Origin: Eledone cirrhosa
Taxonomy: Eukaryota
NCBI GenBank assembly: GCA_964016885.1
Contig: OZ024740.1
Coordinates: 163,990,001-164,054,000 of the forward strand
Reading direction: 5' to 3'
DNA: 64,000 nt
In this document: piece by piece, positions 1 through 14,594 of the stretch
Numbering within the stretch: the stretch's first letter is position 1
Layout: each line of letters starts with the position of its first letter
The notes under the pieces: generated by a model
The model's database searches: none
What the model saw: only the letters and a program-made list of their open reading frames with translations
Told to the model about the DNA's origin: nothing
Translations under genes and position numbers: made by a program

Positions 1-32
1 GGCGATGTTGAGAGGGTAAGAGACAAAGAAAG

Positions 33-48
33 GAGAGAGAGAAAGAGA

Positions 49-116
<68 letters not shown>

Positions 117-213
117 GAAATAGAAATAGAAATAGAAATTGAGAGAAAAATAGAGAGAGAGAGGCGGGGAGGGAGAGAGAGAGAGACAGAGCGAGAGAAA
201 GAAAGAGAGAGAC

Positions 214-299
<86 letters not shown>

Positions 300-370
300 T
301 GAGAAATAGAGAGAAATAGAGAGAGGGGGGGGGAAATAGCGAGAGAAAGAGAGAGAGAGAGAAAGAGAGA
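33..370. repeat. (GA)n microsatellite, imperfect
   Basis: Directly visible GA dinucleotide runs with short GAAATA interruptions. Confidence 0.95.
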
Positions 371-646
371 TCCTATGTGCTTCGGGAGAAGATCTGCAAT
401 GGTTACATTTCTATCCAATGAAATGTTCCGCTTGTGGAGTTCGTATTTCGGTTGGCGTTGGCCCGTGAAATTAACAAGTCGGGATGATTGACCTGGTTAG
501 GTCAATAAGCATTGTCTTTCAAATTGCCAGGCTACTTTCTCAATAATCCTAGCTTTCGTTTCCCTGTCCCTATTGTATTCTCCTTATGATGGATACAATG
601 CTTTGGATAAGGTGGATGAATAGCTGCTTGCTGAGGGTGATGTGGC

Positions 647-737
<91 letters not shown>

Positions 738-816
738 ATATATATATATATATGTGTGTATATATATATATATGTGTATATATATATATATATGTGTATA
801 TATATGTATATATATG

Positions 817-909
<93 letters not shown>

Positions 910-942
910 ATATATATATATATATGTGTGTATATATATATA

Positions 943-989
<47 letters not shown>

Positions 990-1017
990 TATATATATAT
1001 ATGTGTATATATATATA

Positions 1018-1060
<43 letters not shown>

Positions 1061-1083
1061 ATATACATATATATATATATGTG

Positions 1084-1178
<95 letters not shown>

Positions 1179-1184
1179 ATATAT

Positions 1185-1226
<42 letters not shown>

Positions 1227-1285
1227 GTGTGTGTATATATATATATATATGTGTATATATATATATATATATGTGTATATATATA

Positions 1286-1330
<45 letters not shown>

Positions 1331-1393
1331 ATATATATATATATATGTGTATATATATACATGTATATATATATATATATGTGTATATATATA

Positions 1394-1442
<49 letters not shown>

Positions 1443-1475
1443 GTGTATATATATATATATGTGTGTGTATATATA

Positions 1476-1508
<33 letters not shown>

Positions 1509-1545
1509 GTGTATATATATATATGTATATATATATATATGTGTG
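647..1545. repeat. ~900-bp (TA)n microsatellite with interspersed TG units
   Basis: Directly visible. It accounts for the YIYI-type ORFs at 532-1711. Confidence 0.95.
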
Positions 1546-1732
1546 AGGGAGAGAGAGAGAGAGAGAGGGAGGGAGAGAGAGAGAGAGAGAGAGAGAAAGG
1601 GAGGGAGGGAGAAAGAGGAACAAGAAGATATGGAGAGTGTTTATTAGGAAGACAGAAAAACTGAATGTTCAGGATAAAGAGAAATGATGATAAACACAGA
1701 CAGAGAGTCAAATAGGTAGAGAGATAGGTAGG

Positions 1733-1806
<74 letters not shown>

Positions 1807-1819
1807 AGAGAGAGTAAGA

Positions 1820-1894
<75 letters not shown>

Positions 1895-2006
1895 GAGAAG
1901 ACAAGATTGTGAGTGTTTATTAAGAAGTTAGAAGGACTGAGAGATTAAGAATAAAGAGAAATTGATATATATATATATATGAAGGTAGCTAAGAAGGAGA
2001 ATAGCT

Positions 2007-2045
<39 letters not shown>

Positions 2046-2224
2046 AGAGAGGAGAGAGAGAAAGACGAGAGAGAGAGAAAGAGAGGGAGAGAGAGAGAGA
2101 GAGAGAGGGAGAGAGGTGGGAGCAAGAGAGGGAGAGAAAATGGGAGCAATAATAAAAGAAATAGAGAGATGATGAGAAACATATGGAGATTGAAGAGATA
2201 TCGACAACTAGATACATAGATATG

Positions 2225-2608
2225 TTTCTTTATTAGCCACAGGGGCACAAAAGAAGGGGACAAATACAAAGGGGGAAGTTTACATACAATAAAAACGTGT
2301 AAAATGTTATCACAAATGCAATTTAAAAGTTAGTCGATTTTCCCCAATAAGGGGAGACAGTTTATATGGGTAACACATACCCCCGAAAAAATGTGCAACC
2401 CTCATCTCCAGGAGTACGAAGAGTTTGTACTCCCTTACTCTCCTCCTCCTTTTCCTCAACCTACAGGCTGATATAGAGAGAAGGCCCATTCACTCGGGCC
2501 ATTCTCGCCACTTTCACCCACCTTTCATAAAACTTGCTGGGGTACAGCACCTCTCTCTCTATCCTGATTCTTCTTCCAAAGTGGGATTTGATAAAAAGAA
2601 TCAATTGC
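2225..2608 (-). mobile_element. 5'-truncated 3' end of an L1/Tx1-type LINE next to (TCTA)n
   Basis: Minus strand reads [48 protein letters not shown], then a 3' UTR ending ctaataaagaaa. Near-identical inverted copy at 29868-30172. (GATA)n starts at 2609. Clade call is inference from the F..RW C-terminal pattern. Confidence 0.65.
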
Positions 2609-2684
<76 letters not shown>

Positions 2685-2941
2685 CAGATAGATAAATATA
2701 TACACACAGAGAGAAAGACACACGGATAGAGTAAATAGATTAATATAGCGACAGATTAATCTATACATGCACGCACACATATAAGTTGACATATAGTCTG
2801 ATAGATAGGTATGTTTGTATATATAAATGTATGTATGTATGCATGTTTGTATGTATGTATGTATGCATGTATGTATGTTTGTATGTATGTATGTATGTAT
2901 GTATGTATATATGTATATATGTTTGTATGTATGTATGTTTG

Positions 2942-2973
<32 letters not shown>

Positions 2974-3000
2974 TGTATGTATGTATGTATGTATGTATGT

Positions 3001-4330
3001 TCTTCTGGTTTTATAATTTCACAAATTTTGGCCAATAGAGAGAGAGTCTGTTTCTAACATAGACACAAGACTCTCTCATTGGAATTTACACAACATCAAC
3101 TAGGTAGATATATATGCATGTCTGCATGTGTAGATATGGATGTTATTCTATGTGTGGAAGCATGTGTATATGATTATCATCTGTACATATGTATATGCAG
3201 TTATTAGATGCAACATTTTTGGAATGTTTTACATATTTTTACTGTTCCATTAATGGATTGTACTTGTAATTTCCTAACTAGTTGTGTTCTTTCTGTTCCT
3301 GTGAAGCTCAGCTTCTCAAGATTTGTATTGAGGCAGTTACTAACATACCCCGGTGCCCCAATAATCACAGGCATAAATCAGAAGGTATAATCAGGGTGGA
3401 ATATCTGTAGATTTCTCATCAGTTCTCCATAAATATTCTCCTTTTCGTTAATCTTTGATATTATATTAGCATCTGCTGGGCAGCTAATTTCCACTACTGT
3501 GCATGCCTTCTTTTCCCTGCCCCATATCATAATATCTGGTCTGTTATGCTTGCATTTTATTGGGGTTTTTACTGGAACATTCCACCAGTACTCTTTCATA
3601 TTATGTATATGTATGTCTTCCACATTGCTGTAGCTTTAAATGTGTTTATTATCGGAGCTATCTTTTCTACGGATTGTATTGTACAGTGTTTTGGCCACTA
3701 TATCATGCCTCATAAGTAGATAGTACCGTGATGACATCTTTGGACAGCTGCTTATGGTATGGGTGACATCTTCGATGTTAATTTTGCAGAGTCTGCACTT
3801 GTTATCACATCTAGGTGTTTTGCCTGCCTCCCTCTCTCTTTTGTGAATCAGGTATTTCGTGTTAATCTCCTGTTCTTGGATTGCAAAAGCGTATCCTTCA
3901 AAGTGGGAGCCAATATAGCGGTTGTTGGTCCAAGATAGACTACTTTCTTTATCTATATTACTCTCACTCTGGAGCTTCCTGGCAACATATCCATGCACGA
4001 TTTTTTGCTGATAAGCATGCAGTTTTTCATCCATGGATTCACTGCGATACTGCTAAGCGACTTCCCTGGGTGTGAGGTTTTAATTATCACACAGGGAATA
4101 CCTCTCGAGGAGTTCCTTCCCAACTCTCATGATCTTATCTATTTCATGCAGATAGACCGGCTCCTACGCTTTGAGGTTCGTATATGTTGTCGGAGGGATA
4201 TGATGCGACATTCAAATGCTGTCTGGACTGATGTTAGGCCTGATGTCCAGTAAAGGCGGTCTATGTCACTGTTGATGTGGAAGTTTCCGGTGTCTTTTAG
4301 TATTTTTCGAGTTCTAACATCAATTGCTCG
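3001..4330 (-). mobile_element. 5'-truncated R4/Dong-type non-LTR retrotransposon, family B (decayed)
   Basis: Broken ORFs contain IDVRTRKIL..TGNFHINSDIDRLY, CRLCKINIEDVTHTISSC (CCHC), RHD and HNRPDIMIW..VVEISCP (REL), all homologous to the 1169-aa ORF. (TATG)n on both sides. Confidence 0.9.
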
Positions 4331-4561
4331 GTATGTATGTTTGTAAGTATGTATGTTTTTGTAAGTATGTATGTTTGTATATATGTATGTATGTATGTAT
4401 GTATGCATGTATTTATGTATGCATGTATGTATGCATGTATGCATGTTTGTATGTATGCATGTATGTATGTGTGTATGTATAATTAAGTAAACGAAGTTAG
4501 CTATACAGATTACGAGGGAAAGCTAAATAAGACAAACAGAGAAATATTGTGAAAGATTGAT

Positions 4562-4604
<43 letters not shown>

Positions 4605-4612
4605 TACACTCA

Positions 4613-4684
<72 letters not shown>

Positions 4685-4942
4685 GAAGGAGAGATAATGA
4701 GAGAGAGAGGGAGTGAGAGAGAAAGACAGATAGACAGATAGATAGATAGAGGGAAGGAGAGAGAGAAAGAGATAGAGATAGAGTGAGAAAGAGGAAGGGA
4801 AGGTGAAACATGAGACAACGAATAAATGGAGAGGTGCAGCAGAGAGATAGAGAGGGGGAGAGAGAGACACACACAAGGAAAACGTGAAAGAGAGAAAAAG
4901 AGAGAAAGCGGTACACCGATAAAGCGAGAAGGAGGGAGAGGG

Positions 4943-5010
<68 letters not shown>

Positions 5011-5249
5011 AATGAGTGGGTATCCTAAACAACAATAGTAACTATGGAAGTTAGATACACGTGGTTGGGGAAATAAAGTGAAGGGAGGGGTGAATGATGA
5101 ATGGAACAACTGAATAGAAGTTGAAACAAAAGAGGAATGATTATATAGAGACACAAATAAAATATGAGTGGAGAAAGAGAGGAAAGAAATACAGGGAGGT
5201 ATAATATGTACAAGGAAAGGGGCTGATCATGAGATCGGACCAGAGAAAC

Positions 5250-6480
5250 AAGGTTTTGACTATGGAAACTATGTTTCCATTGCTGATAATATCTGCCGAT
5301 CACATGACTTTGTGAATGAAATTGGGTAAACGGAAACTGTTTGGAAATCTGTCGGACAGACTTGTACTTCAATGGGTTAACTTTGTTACACTTTGTGCCA
5401 CGTTGAATCTTCCTGAGAATTATGTTTGGAGAATGCTCAGTTACTTGCACATAAATTTCATGAGCAGACTGTTCCTTTGATCGAACAACTGGAACACTCA
5501 CCATCGAAACTGTCAGAGGTCCAAAAGATCATGTTATAGTCCGCCATAGAGACAAAAACAGTCTCATTTTGACCTTTGATACATCAATGAGTTTCGGGCA
5601 CTTAATGTCCCCCTTAATGCCTATTATGCCTGACAGTAAACTAGAACTTTGCTCTGGCTATACTAATGTCTATTGAGAATTTTGTCCATCTTAACACATA
5701 TACGTTCCACCTTTTCTTCATATCACGATGACACACTATTACGAATTTAGACATCTGCCAGTTCCTAGAACTTGCGTACATCGAAGTTGTTTTATACACG
5801 GGCTTCAGATAAAAGAATGTGTTTGTAATGACCAGGTCCAACTCTGTGCAAAATGAAAGTAATTTGAAAATTGGAGCCCATTCGAATTCCTTTTCTGTAG
5901 CTAAAAGAATCTAAGATTCAATAGTTCCAACCCTTGCATTATACTTTCAAATAAGAACACTTTTGTTATTTCTTACCAAATTCAAAACATTTCTCGGTGA
6001 GTCGTAGAATAAAGTGATCAAATCGACACAAGCTGTTTAATGTACGAGCATAAATAGAGATTGCGGTAGAATGCCACTGTCCACCCGATGAGACTCTCAA
6101 TTTCATTATGTAGTCACAAACACTACACGGTAACATCACCATTTCCACAGTATTCTGATAGTAAATCCGATTTCTTTATGTCTTCTCACATTCTCTGGCT
6201 TTCCTATTCAGAAAAAAAAATATATCCACTTCCTTCCCCCTTTTACCACCTTCACCAACCTAGCCCATCTCAGATAGACCAGCAATGTCAATGCTCTCTG
6301 GCAACTATTGTAGTTCTCTTCTCCCGTCGGTCACAATTTACCGTATCCATTAGCATTCTAATGTTCCAACATCGCAAATTCACATCTTTGTTATGTTTGC
6401 TATATTTCAAGTTTCTTTGTTATATTTGGCCCGCAAGTGATCTGCACTCAGCCGCGGTCAATTGACCAGCATGGATTTTA
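5250..6480 (-). pseudogene. highly decayed RTE-clade LINE (APE endonuclease remnants)
   Basis: Minus strand near 6380 reads NLRCWNIRMLMD..RREKRTTIVARE, followed by a frameshifted IDIAGLSE. ORF 5641-5841 has LVITNTFF..KTT, typical of RTE APE domains. Boundaries approximate. Confidence 0.65.
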
Positions 6481-6960
6481 TGACAAGCAATGTTGGGGAC
6501 ATTTCTATATTCCCCTCGAACAATTGTTGATAGTCAGTGCCCTACGTAAAAAGATACTTATCCACAGAGGGTTTCATGACAGCAAGAATACCTTTCTGAT
6601 GTCCATGCATAAGTTTATGATTCAATGTCTTCAGATTATTATATCACTTGTCCACCACTGCAATATTTAAGGAAACAATGGCGCAAAATGTGCCAAAACA
6701 ACACATTTTATAGCTACAAATAATTCGTGGGCTTGTGGACTTAGTCACCAATGGCTTGACAATGAATTTGAAATGGTTTACACGATTATCAGTAACAGAT
6801 TTTTGACCTCTCACACACACGTACATACACACGCACATACACACACAGAGGCTCAGACATACAGACACACGCGCACACACATATATGTGCACAGTCACAC
6901 AGATACATATACACGAATAGACAAACACGTATACAAGAACAAACACGCGTATATTAATTT

Positions 6961-7173
6961 ATAATTTTGTTGGCAGTAACTTCGAAGCTTCCCTGATGAT
7001 GGCTTATTCAAATTGTCTTATAGCGTGAGTAAACATTCAAGAACACACAAACACTTACATTCTAGTCTCAATCATTTCTTCATAGTACGATCTACTGTAG
7101 TATGTAAAAGATCTGTTTATCAGTTTAAATAGGACCCACAAGCAAACTTCGAAGTCACTGTAAACACAATTAT
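6961..7173. repeat. short element with imperfect ~27-bp terminal inverted repeats (MITE-like)
   Basis: ataattttgttggcagtaacttcgaag versus cttcgaagtcactgtaaacacaattat. Confidence 0.35.
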
Positions 7174-7390
7174 AAAAATATTAGATTATATACATGGATT
7201 GAGACGGTTGTTCATTCGTCGTTTGTTGTTTCTATGTGTTTAAAAACACTTAACCGTAATTGTATATATATGTATATGTGTTTTTTTATGGGTTGTAGCG
7301 TATGTGTGTGTGTGTGTGTATGTATATATGAAGATATATATAGATATATATATGCTTATATATATTTATGTATACATATACATATTATGT

Positions 7391-7429
7391 TTCGACACGC
7401 GATTTCATATAAAAAACCTTGCAAAACAA

Positions 7430-7493
<64 letters not shown>

Positions 7494-7495
7494 AA

Positions 7496-7585
<90 letters not shown>

Positions 7586-7717
7586 TTATATATATATACT
7601 TGTATATATATATATATATATATATTGTTATACTTGGGGAGGGTCATATTTGTGTAATAATATTGCCAGAATTAATAACAGAACACACTCACTGTTTGGT
7701 TGGTTTTCGCTTCTGTG
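7391..7717. mobile_element. two fragments (tail 7391-7428, arm 7623-7717) of the 'gttatacttggggagggtcata' fold-back family
   Basis: Sequence matches the copies at 14595, 33087 and 55653. The pieces are separated by (TA)n. Confidence 0.7.
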
Positions 7718-7720
7718 AGA

Positions 7721-7797
<77 letters not shown>

Positions 7798-7845
7798 AAA
7801 ATAACAGATTAAAGTTTGGATTTTAGTCTTCAAATTTATTATTAT

Positions 7846-7917
<72 letters not shown>

Positions 7918-8002
7918 GTATATATATATACACATATACACATCTCTCTGTTTCTCTCTCTCTCTGTCTCTTTCTCTCTCTCTCTCTCTAGCTCTCTCTC
8001 TA

Positions 8003-8046
<44 letters not shown>

Positions 8047-8548
8047 CATATGTACATGCACACGTACAAATACACACAGATACCTGGCTACATACATACA
8101 CATATACATACATACATACATACATACATACATACATACATACATACATACATACATACATACATACATACATACATACATACATACAAACTTGACTGGA
8201 AATATTCTTTCCTTATCCTTGGCTTATAAGACAGAAGCTTTTAACGATGAAGTATCTATCTACACAGCATGAATTCTTCACTTACACAGCAGGGGTGCAT
8301 GGAATTCACATAATTAGGGATTAGAAAACTAAACAAATACAATACACATATATATTTACATCTTCTCACAAGGATTGAACCAGTTATTCCGTTGATGACT
8401 TCAACATATATTGTAACAATAGGCAATGATGATGTCATTCAGTAAAAGACAGGACCATTTGCTGACATTTGATGCTTTAAACATACAGACGCAGATCAAA
8501 TATGCGCAAAACATAGGATAACTCTATTCCAGTGTTACTCCCTCCCTC

Positions 8549-8586
<38 letters not shown>

Positions 8587-8636
8587 CATTTATGTATGTA
8601 TGTGTGTGTATGTGTGTATGTGAGGTCTTGTGTGTT

Positions 8637-8705
<69 letters not shown>

Positions 8706-8879
8706 CAAACACACAAGACCTCACATACACACATACACACACACATATATATATATATATATACATTTATATATGTATGTGTGTGTGTGTGTATGTCAGG
8801 TCTTGTGTGCGTGCGTGTATATATATATATAATATATATACAAATACGTGTAGCACAATTTAGTGTAAGCATAGCTGTA

Positions 8880-8966
<87 letters not shown>

Positions 8967-9025
8967 ATGTAGCAAAATATCGGTGGGTGTGAAAATGGAG
9001 AAGGAAAATAGTATACAATCTGCTG

Positions 9026-9058
<33 letters not shown>

Positions 9059-9110
9059 CAAGGTTTAGCAAATAAGAAAAAGTTTCAAAATAAATTTCAA
9101 AAAATTCACT

Positions 9111-9140
<30 letters not shown>

Positions 9141-9147
<7 letters not shown>

Positions 9148-9452
9148 TATGTTTATATACGGAACACAAAGCGCTAGCTATGGTTTCAAGGTTCAATTAT
9201 GACCATCTCCCCACATTTTCTACGTTGGCGTAGAGAGTTCAAGGGCATGATGGTTAGGAAACACTTTTGATCGCTCTTCTACACTGCACCACTATGTATA
9301 ATCTGGGGAGATGGTCATAATTGGACATTGAAACCATAGGTAGCGGTTTTTGTTCCATCTATAAACATAAATAATATAATATATCAGCTCACACACCAGA
9401 TTGAGCACTATTTTCATTGTTCCTTTTCTCTCTTTCTTTCTTGTAAAAACAT
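9141..9452 (+). mobile_element. asymmetric inverted-repeat insertion next to (TA)n
   Basis: Arm 9141-9213 is the imperfect reverse complement of 9304-9377, followed by an unpaired tail to about 9452. Confidence 0.7.
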
Positions 9453-9512
9453 ATATTTCAGGAGATACGCATGCGCACGCAGACGCCCACACACGCACAT
9501 ACACATATATGC

Positions 9513-9577
<65 letters not shown>

Positions 9578-10269
9578 TATTTATTTATACACATACATGC
9601 ACGCTCGACCTCACACACACACATACACACACACACATATATATATTTCTACAGCCCAGCGTATTTGTTCCCACGTATGTAAGTTTGCGAATGTGAATGT
9701 GTGTGTGTGCGTGTTAGTGTGTATGCGTGTGTGTGCATGTGTGCGTGCCTGCGTGTGTGCGTGCCTGCGTTTGTGTAAGTATAGTGTTCAACCCATCAAT
9801 ACAATTGCTGGCTCTATTGTGGTCAGCAGATGTATGTTTAATCTGTTTGGCTTATTTCGCAGCAGCTAATTATGTGAACATTTTGTGGAAATCAGCTTGA
9901 TCTCAAAACCTTGTACAAGGTAATGCAATTTTTAGTTAGTGGGGGATCACCATCATTGGAATGGTGCTATGTTGGTGCTGGTATGTCGGCAGTGTGTGCC
10001 TTGGAGCGGTAGTGAGATGATAAATGTTGTAGGCTGCATGACATTTTTGTTAAACCCATCTAAACCAAGGGGGAACGAACAATGCTGGGTTTCATCATCA
10101 GATCGTATTCCCCAAAGAAAACTGTGACCTTTACACACAGATATGCGTAGAAACATTCAAACACACAAGCCCACACATATGTAGATACAATGATAGGCTC
10201 ATAGACGTATACAATCAAGCATAAATACATTGGCATATACACACATATATACGCTTATATGTATGTCTG

Positions 10270-10396
<127 letters not shown>

Positions 10397-10513
10397 GTAT
10401 GTATATATAATATGTATATACACACATACATACACATATACGTTTGGCGTCACGGTCGGGCTCATACCTCTCTCTCTCACTTTTTATCTCTCTCTCTCAC
10501 TCTTCCCCCCCCC

Positions 10514-10554
<41 letters not shown>

Positions 10555-10555
10555 G

Positions 10556-10975
10556 GTAAGTTATTCCGGGTTGAATCGGAGGTAACCACAGTAAGTAAGG
10601 TACTCAATACATAGCAGAGTATAAAAGTTTTAATATAGATGAGATTCTACAGGACTAGAACTGTTTAATTCTTTAGAAATCATCAGGAATCTGGCTTTCC
10701 AAAAATAAATGTTGTGGTATTTATATCTTTTCAGGTGGTAGGAGAGGGTGGGGAGTGGGATGGGTGGAGGTCATTGGTTGAAAGAAAAGGGAATTCATTA
10801 AAAGCTAATTCTTTAAGGCTATAATTTATATTTAGAGTGACAAAGGCAGAAAGAATTCTATAAACAAGTTCAAATTGGGGTGCCACTCCTTATTTTTAAG
10901 TTTCTCTTAAGCTAACAATGCCTATATTTCAGGTGTCTATAAGATGGTTGGGGGTCGGTCATGGTTGATGGATTT
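10556..10975 (-). mobile_element. probable PLE pseudo-LTR fragment with a decayed hammerhead at 10642-10692
   Basis: Minus strand: agattc-CTGATGA-tttctaaagaat-TAAA-cag(ttctagtc)ctg-TA-gaatct. Stems I and III pair, but GAAA is TAAA. Flanked by TA-rich repeats. Confidence 0.55.
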
Positions 10976-11030
10976 ATATGTGTATATGTGTATATGTGTG
11001 TATGTATATATATGTGTATATGTGTGTATA

Positions 11031-11075
<45 letters not shown>

Positions 11076-11097
11076 ACGTATATATATATATATATAT

Positions 11098-11334
11098 CGC
11101 AAGTAAGTATGTTTTGAAACAGTGAGCGAGTTTGAAATTAGAAAATATATAGCTTTCACCGTATTTTTAACTAAAGGAATTTTAGCTTGATAACGGGGTT
11201 TAGAACCCTCAGATAAATGGAAAAAGATGAGTATTGACGTACATGTACGTCAATACTCATCTTTTTCCATTTATCTGAGGGTTCTAAACCCCGTTATCAA
11301 GCTAAAATTCCTTTAGTTAAAAATACGGTGAAAG

Positions 11335-11342
<8 letters not shown>
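11098..11342 (-). repeat. perfect 198-bp palindrome (11145-11342) plus one-sided tail, in (TA)n
   Basis: Centre gacgtaca|tgtacgtc at 11243/11244. Arms are exact reverse complements with no spacer. Confidence 0.95.
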
Positions 11343-11368
<26 letters not shown>

Positions 11369-11370
<2 letters not shown>

Positions 11371-11561
11371 CGAAGGAAATGTGGTAAGGAACCAGGTGGA
11401 CCATAACGCACCAAAGTACTCAATACTTGAGGTAGTAGAGTGGGTAATAGGAACCAGTAAGACCCCGACAGCTGAGCTCAAGCCGTTTCGACGGCTAATT
11501 CTGGATCCAGAATTAGCCGTCGAAACGGCTTGAGCTCAGCTGTCGGGGTCTTACTGGTTCC

Positions 11562-11564
<3 letters not shown>
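11369..11564 (-). mobile_element. half-hammerhead fold-back element: perfect 118-bp palindrome (11447-11564) plus tail
   Basis: Centre ctgga|tccag at 11505/11506. Same family as 18697-18888 and 22997-23191. Confidence 0.9.
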
Positions 11565-11600
<36 letters not shown>

Positions 11601-12173
11601 ATATATATATACACACACACACACACACTAATAACTTATTTTAGTTATTATTGCGCCAACGTGAGGTATATGATTTTTAATGCAATACCTATGACCGTTG
11701 GTAAATCACTGATGAGGGACTCATTTTATAACATGTTATCCATGTGCAACCATGCAGTATTCTTCTCCCCATTTTTTCATATATATATATATATATATAC
11801 GAATGAAAATGTATACGAAATGGACCTCTGTCGGTTTTAATGATGAGTATTCCTGTTGTTCCGTTAACCGAAACCTCTTCTCATGAAATTAACGTGTAAT
11901 TAGCTGAGTAATCCATAGGCACGTGTACTGTTAACGTAATTTTCTAGGAGATAAGTGTGACAAAGCTGACTCTTTGGAACACAAATACAGTCCAGCCGAT
12001 GGTCTTCCAAACAGTTTCCCTCTACCCAATTTCATTCACAAGGCATGGGTAGACTCGAGACCACGTTAAATAACATTTGCCTAAGATGCATAGCAGTCGT
12101 CTGGAACTTGGGACTTAATGATTGTGAAGGGAACTCCTTAATTCGGCCATACTACACACACTCACACACTCAC

Positions 12174-12268
<95 letters not shown>

Positions 12269-12989
12269 CACACTCACACACACAGACAGACAGACAGACA
12301 CACACACTCACACACACACATATATATATATATACACATATACATTCACTCATGTAGAAACCCACTGTATATAAAAGCTACTCTTCATGCACAGACATCA
12401 GTAACAATATCTATGTCTATATTGATACATGAATATAGAATTAGAAAAAAAGATCTGGACCAACGAATGATAAAAAGGTTTTCTGTAAGACGAATGCCAC
12501 AGTACTTCGTTCCATCCTTTAAAAAATTATACTGAGATAGGCGCTATTTGAATTAGTGTGAATTCAATGTAGTTAGTTGATGTGTTATTAGTGGTTCTGT
12601 CAGCACAAAGCTTTTCTCTAAGCATGCACCTATTAGGGGAAGACTGACCTTCATATTTTGTGAATTGCAAGTCGACTTCGTTTACTCTTTGTTTGATTAC
12701 AATATCTTTAGATTGTGATTCTGCTTGTCATTTGGAATGCGCTGCATCCAACTATGCCTCACCTTTACTTTGTCCTTATTAAACAACAAAAACTACATAA
12801 AATAGTTTACGTATTTAAATTTGTGGAAGAGCACTGTTACAGATATCATGTGGTTCGATGGTATCCAAAAGAAACATAAATGCAGAAATATCCTATACGA
12901 CATTATTGATTCTTATTAATCCATATATAATGCCTGTCTTCTAAAAGTTATTCAATTCACGAAAATATAAATGAACGTCATACATAGCG

Positions 12990-13900
12990 ATCTTCAGATA
13001 GTCATGCGTGTGAGAAGATCCCTCTTTTTTTAACAATAATATTTTTAGAGTTAAGACAGGTGGTACGAATAATTTTGATATCACAAAGGGCAGCTTTGAT
13101 TGAGATGGAACCTGTGAGCTAGTAGACGAGTTCCTGCTAAAAATGTTATGTTTATGATTTCGATTAGTATATGCACGGTTACAGATGATGCCCTCAGAAT
13201 ACGAGTAGTAACATTAAAATGGCGACAGCTGAATCGAACCTTACAAAAATAAAGCTCCTTGACATTATGTTTAAACTAAAATAGAAACCATAGGAGCTCG
13301 TCGGCCATTCAAAAAATATATATCTCTATACACAACGTCATGAAACTCTTAAAGAACGATTGAACAAAGTTTTCATTTGGATGAGTAATCATGTTTTCAT
13401 ACGTAAACATATATCTACGCAATTTTCAGCTGTCATGTTTTGCTCCCTCCTTTCTCTTTTATCCTCAAATTCCGGTTATGTTACCATCGGAGCAATTTCA
13501 CTATTTTATATTTGAGAGTTTTGTTGAATCCACATTGTCATCTAAAATACAATGTTGCTTTCATGTGCGGGTGCTTTCAAAATGATTGGAATTATAGTGG
13601 TGATGCTAAGGAGGATAATGAGGATAATGAGGATAATATCATAAGAATGATGATCTTCTCAAAGTTATAAAAACATTTCCTATCAATATATAAGATAATA
13701 GCACTTCTAAATAAGAGAGAAATAAAGAACTGTACTTATAAAATACTCTACACGCTAACAACAAAATTAATAACATAAGAAAAAATAAATAGCAATGAAA
13801 ATTATTTAAAAAACCCCTGAAAACTTGACAATTCATTTTTACACAAAATATTGAATAAGAACTCCAAAAGCAATCTTATTTCTACAAATTTGAAGATCCT
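12990..13900 (+). pseudogene. heavily decayed PLE reverse transcriptase remnant
   Basis: Near 13074 reads FDITKGSFD*DGTCELVDEFLL (compare FDITMGSSDSAQVTDLV in ORF 20733), with DDAL near 13184. Boundaries approximate. Confidence 0.5.
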
Positions 13901-14027
13901 ATTCAGAACCGGTGCTTTAATTCAGGCTTTCAGGGCTGATAATATTGATACATACATATATACATACATAAATACATACATACATAAATACATACATACA
14001 TTTTGTTTAGCTTAAATCTCTTTTCAC

Positions 14028-14082
<55 letters not shown>

Positions 14083-14478
14083 GGAGAAGAATGAAACGAA
14101 ATTTCATTTCTCACTCTTAGTACGGCAGGTACTTAAATGTAAGTATGTATGTATGTATGTATGTATGTATGTATGTATGTATGTATGTATGTATGTATCT
14201 ATGTATGTATGTATGTATGTATGTATGTATGTATGTATGTATGTATCTATACGTACATACATATATGTATACAGACGTACAGTAGTATGTATATATATAT
14301 ACATACATGCACACATATATATATGCACGTATCGGTTTACCGAACATTTATTATAATGCTCGGTTTGTTTGTAAACAAACAAACAGCCCGAATTACGCCG
14401 TACAGTGTCTAGGCAACCACGTCACCTTTTTGTTCAACACTGACACAGGAACGATGTACTATATTATATATATATATT

Positions 14479-14574
<96 letters not shown>

Positions 14575-14594
14575 CTATGTATATATATATATAT

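Noticed and set aside
371-646. Unique island that might be a PLE linker remnant
   Set aside because: Only faint motif resemblance, with stops in all frames.
532-1711. Long ORFs of 240-363 aa, and the many similar YIYI, VCVC, HTHT, MYVC and LSLS ORFs across the window
   Set aside because: They are translations of stop-free microsatellites, with no domain content.
9303-9345. Hammerhead-like CTGGGGA..GAAA-ccatagg-TA
   Set aside because: The core deviates from CTGANGA and no stem I pairing was found.
9900-10130. Possible host exon (similar candidates near 12650-12770, 23770-23855 and 29110-29215)
   Set aside because: Splice-like dinucleotides exist, but frames are short or stopped and no protein is recognisable. 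RNA-seq would be needed.
11145-11564. All palindromes being sequencing or assembly artefacts
   Set aside because: Rejected as a general explanation because other examples have diverged arms, spacers and a SINE in only one arm. It remains possible for the two perfect cases.
11709-11724. CTGATGA in a small repeat shared with 33537
   Set aside because: No GAAA or stem arrangement follows; it is only a short atgag/ctcat hairpin.
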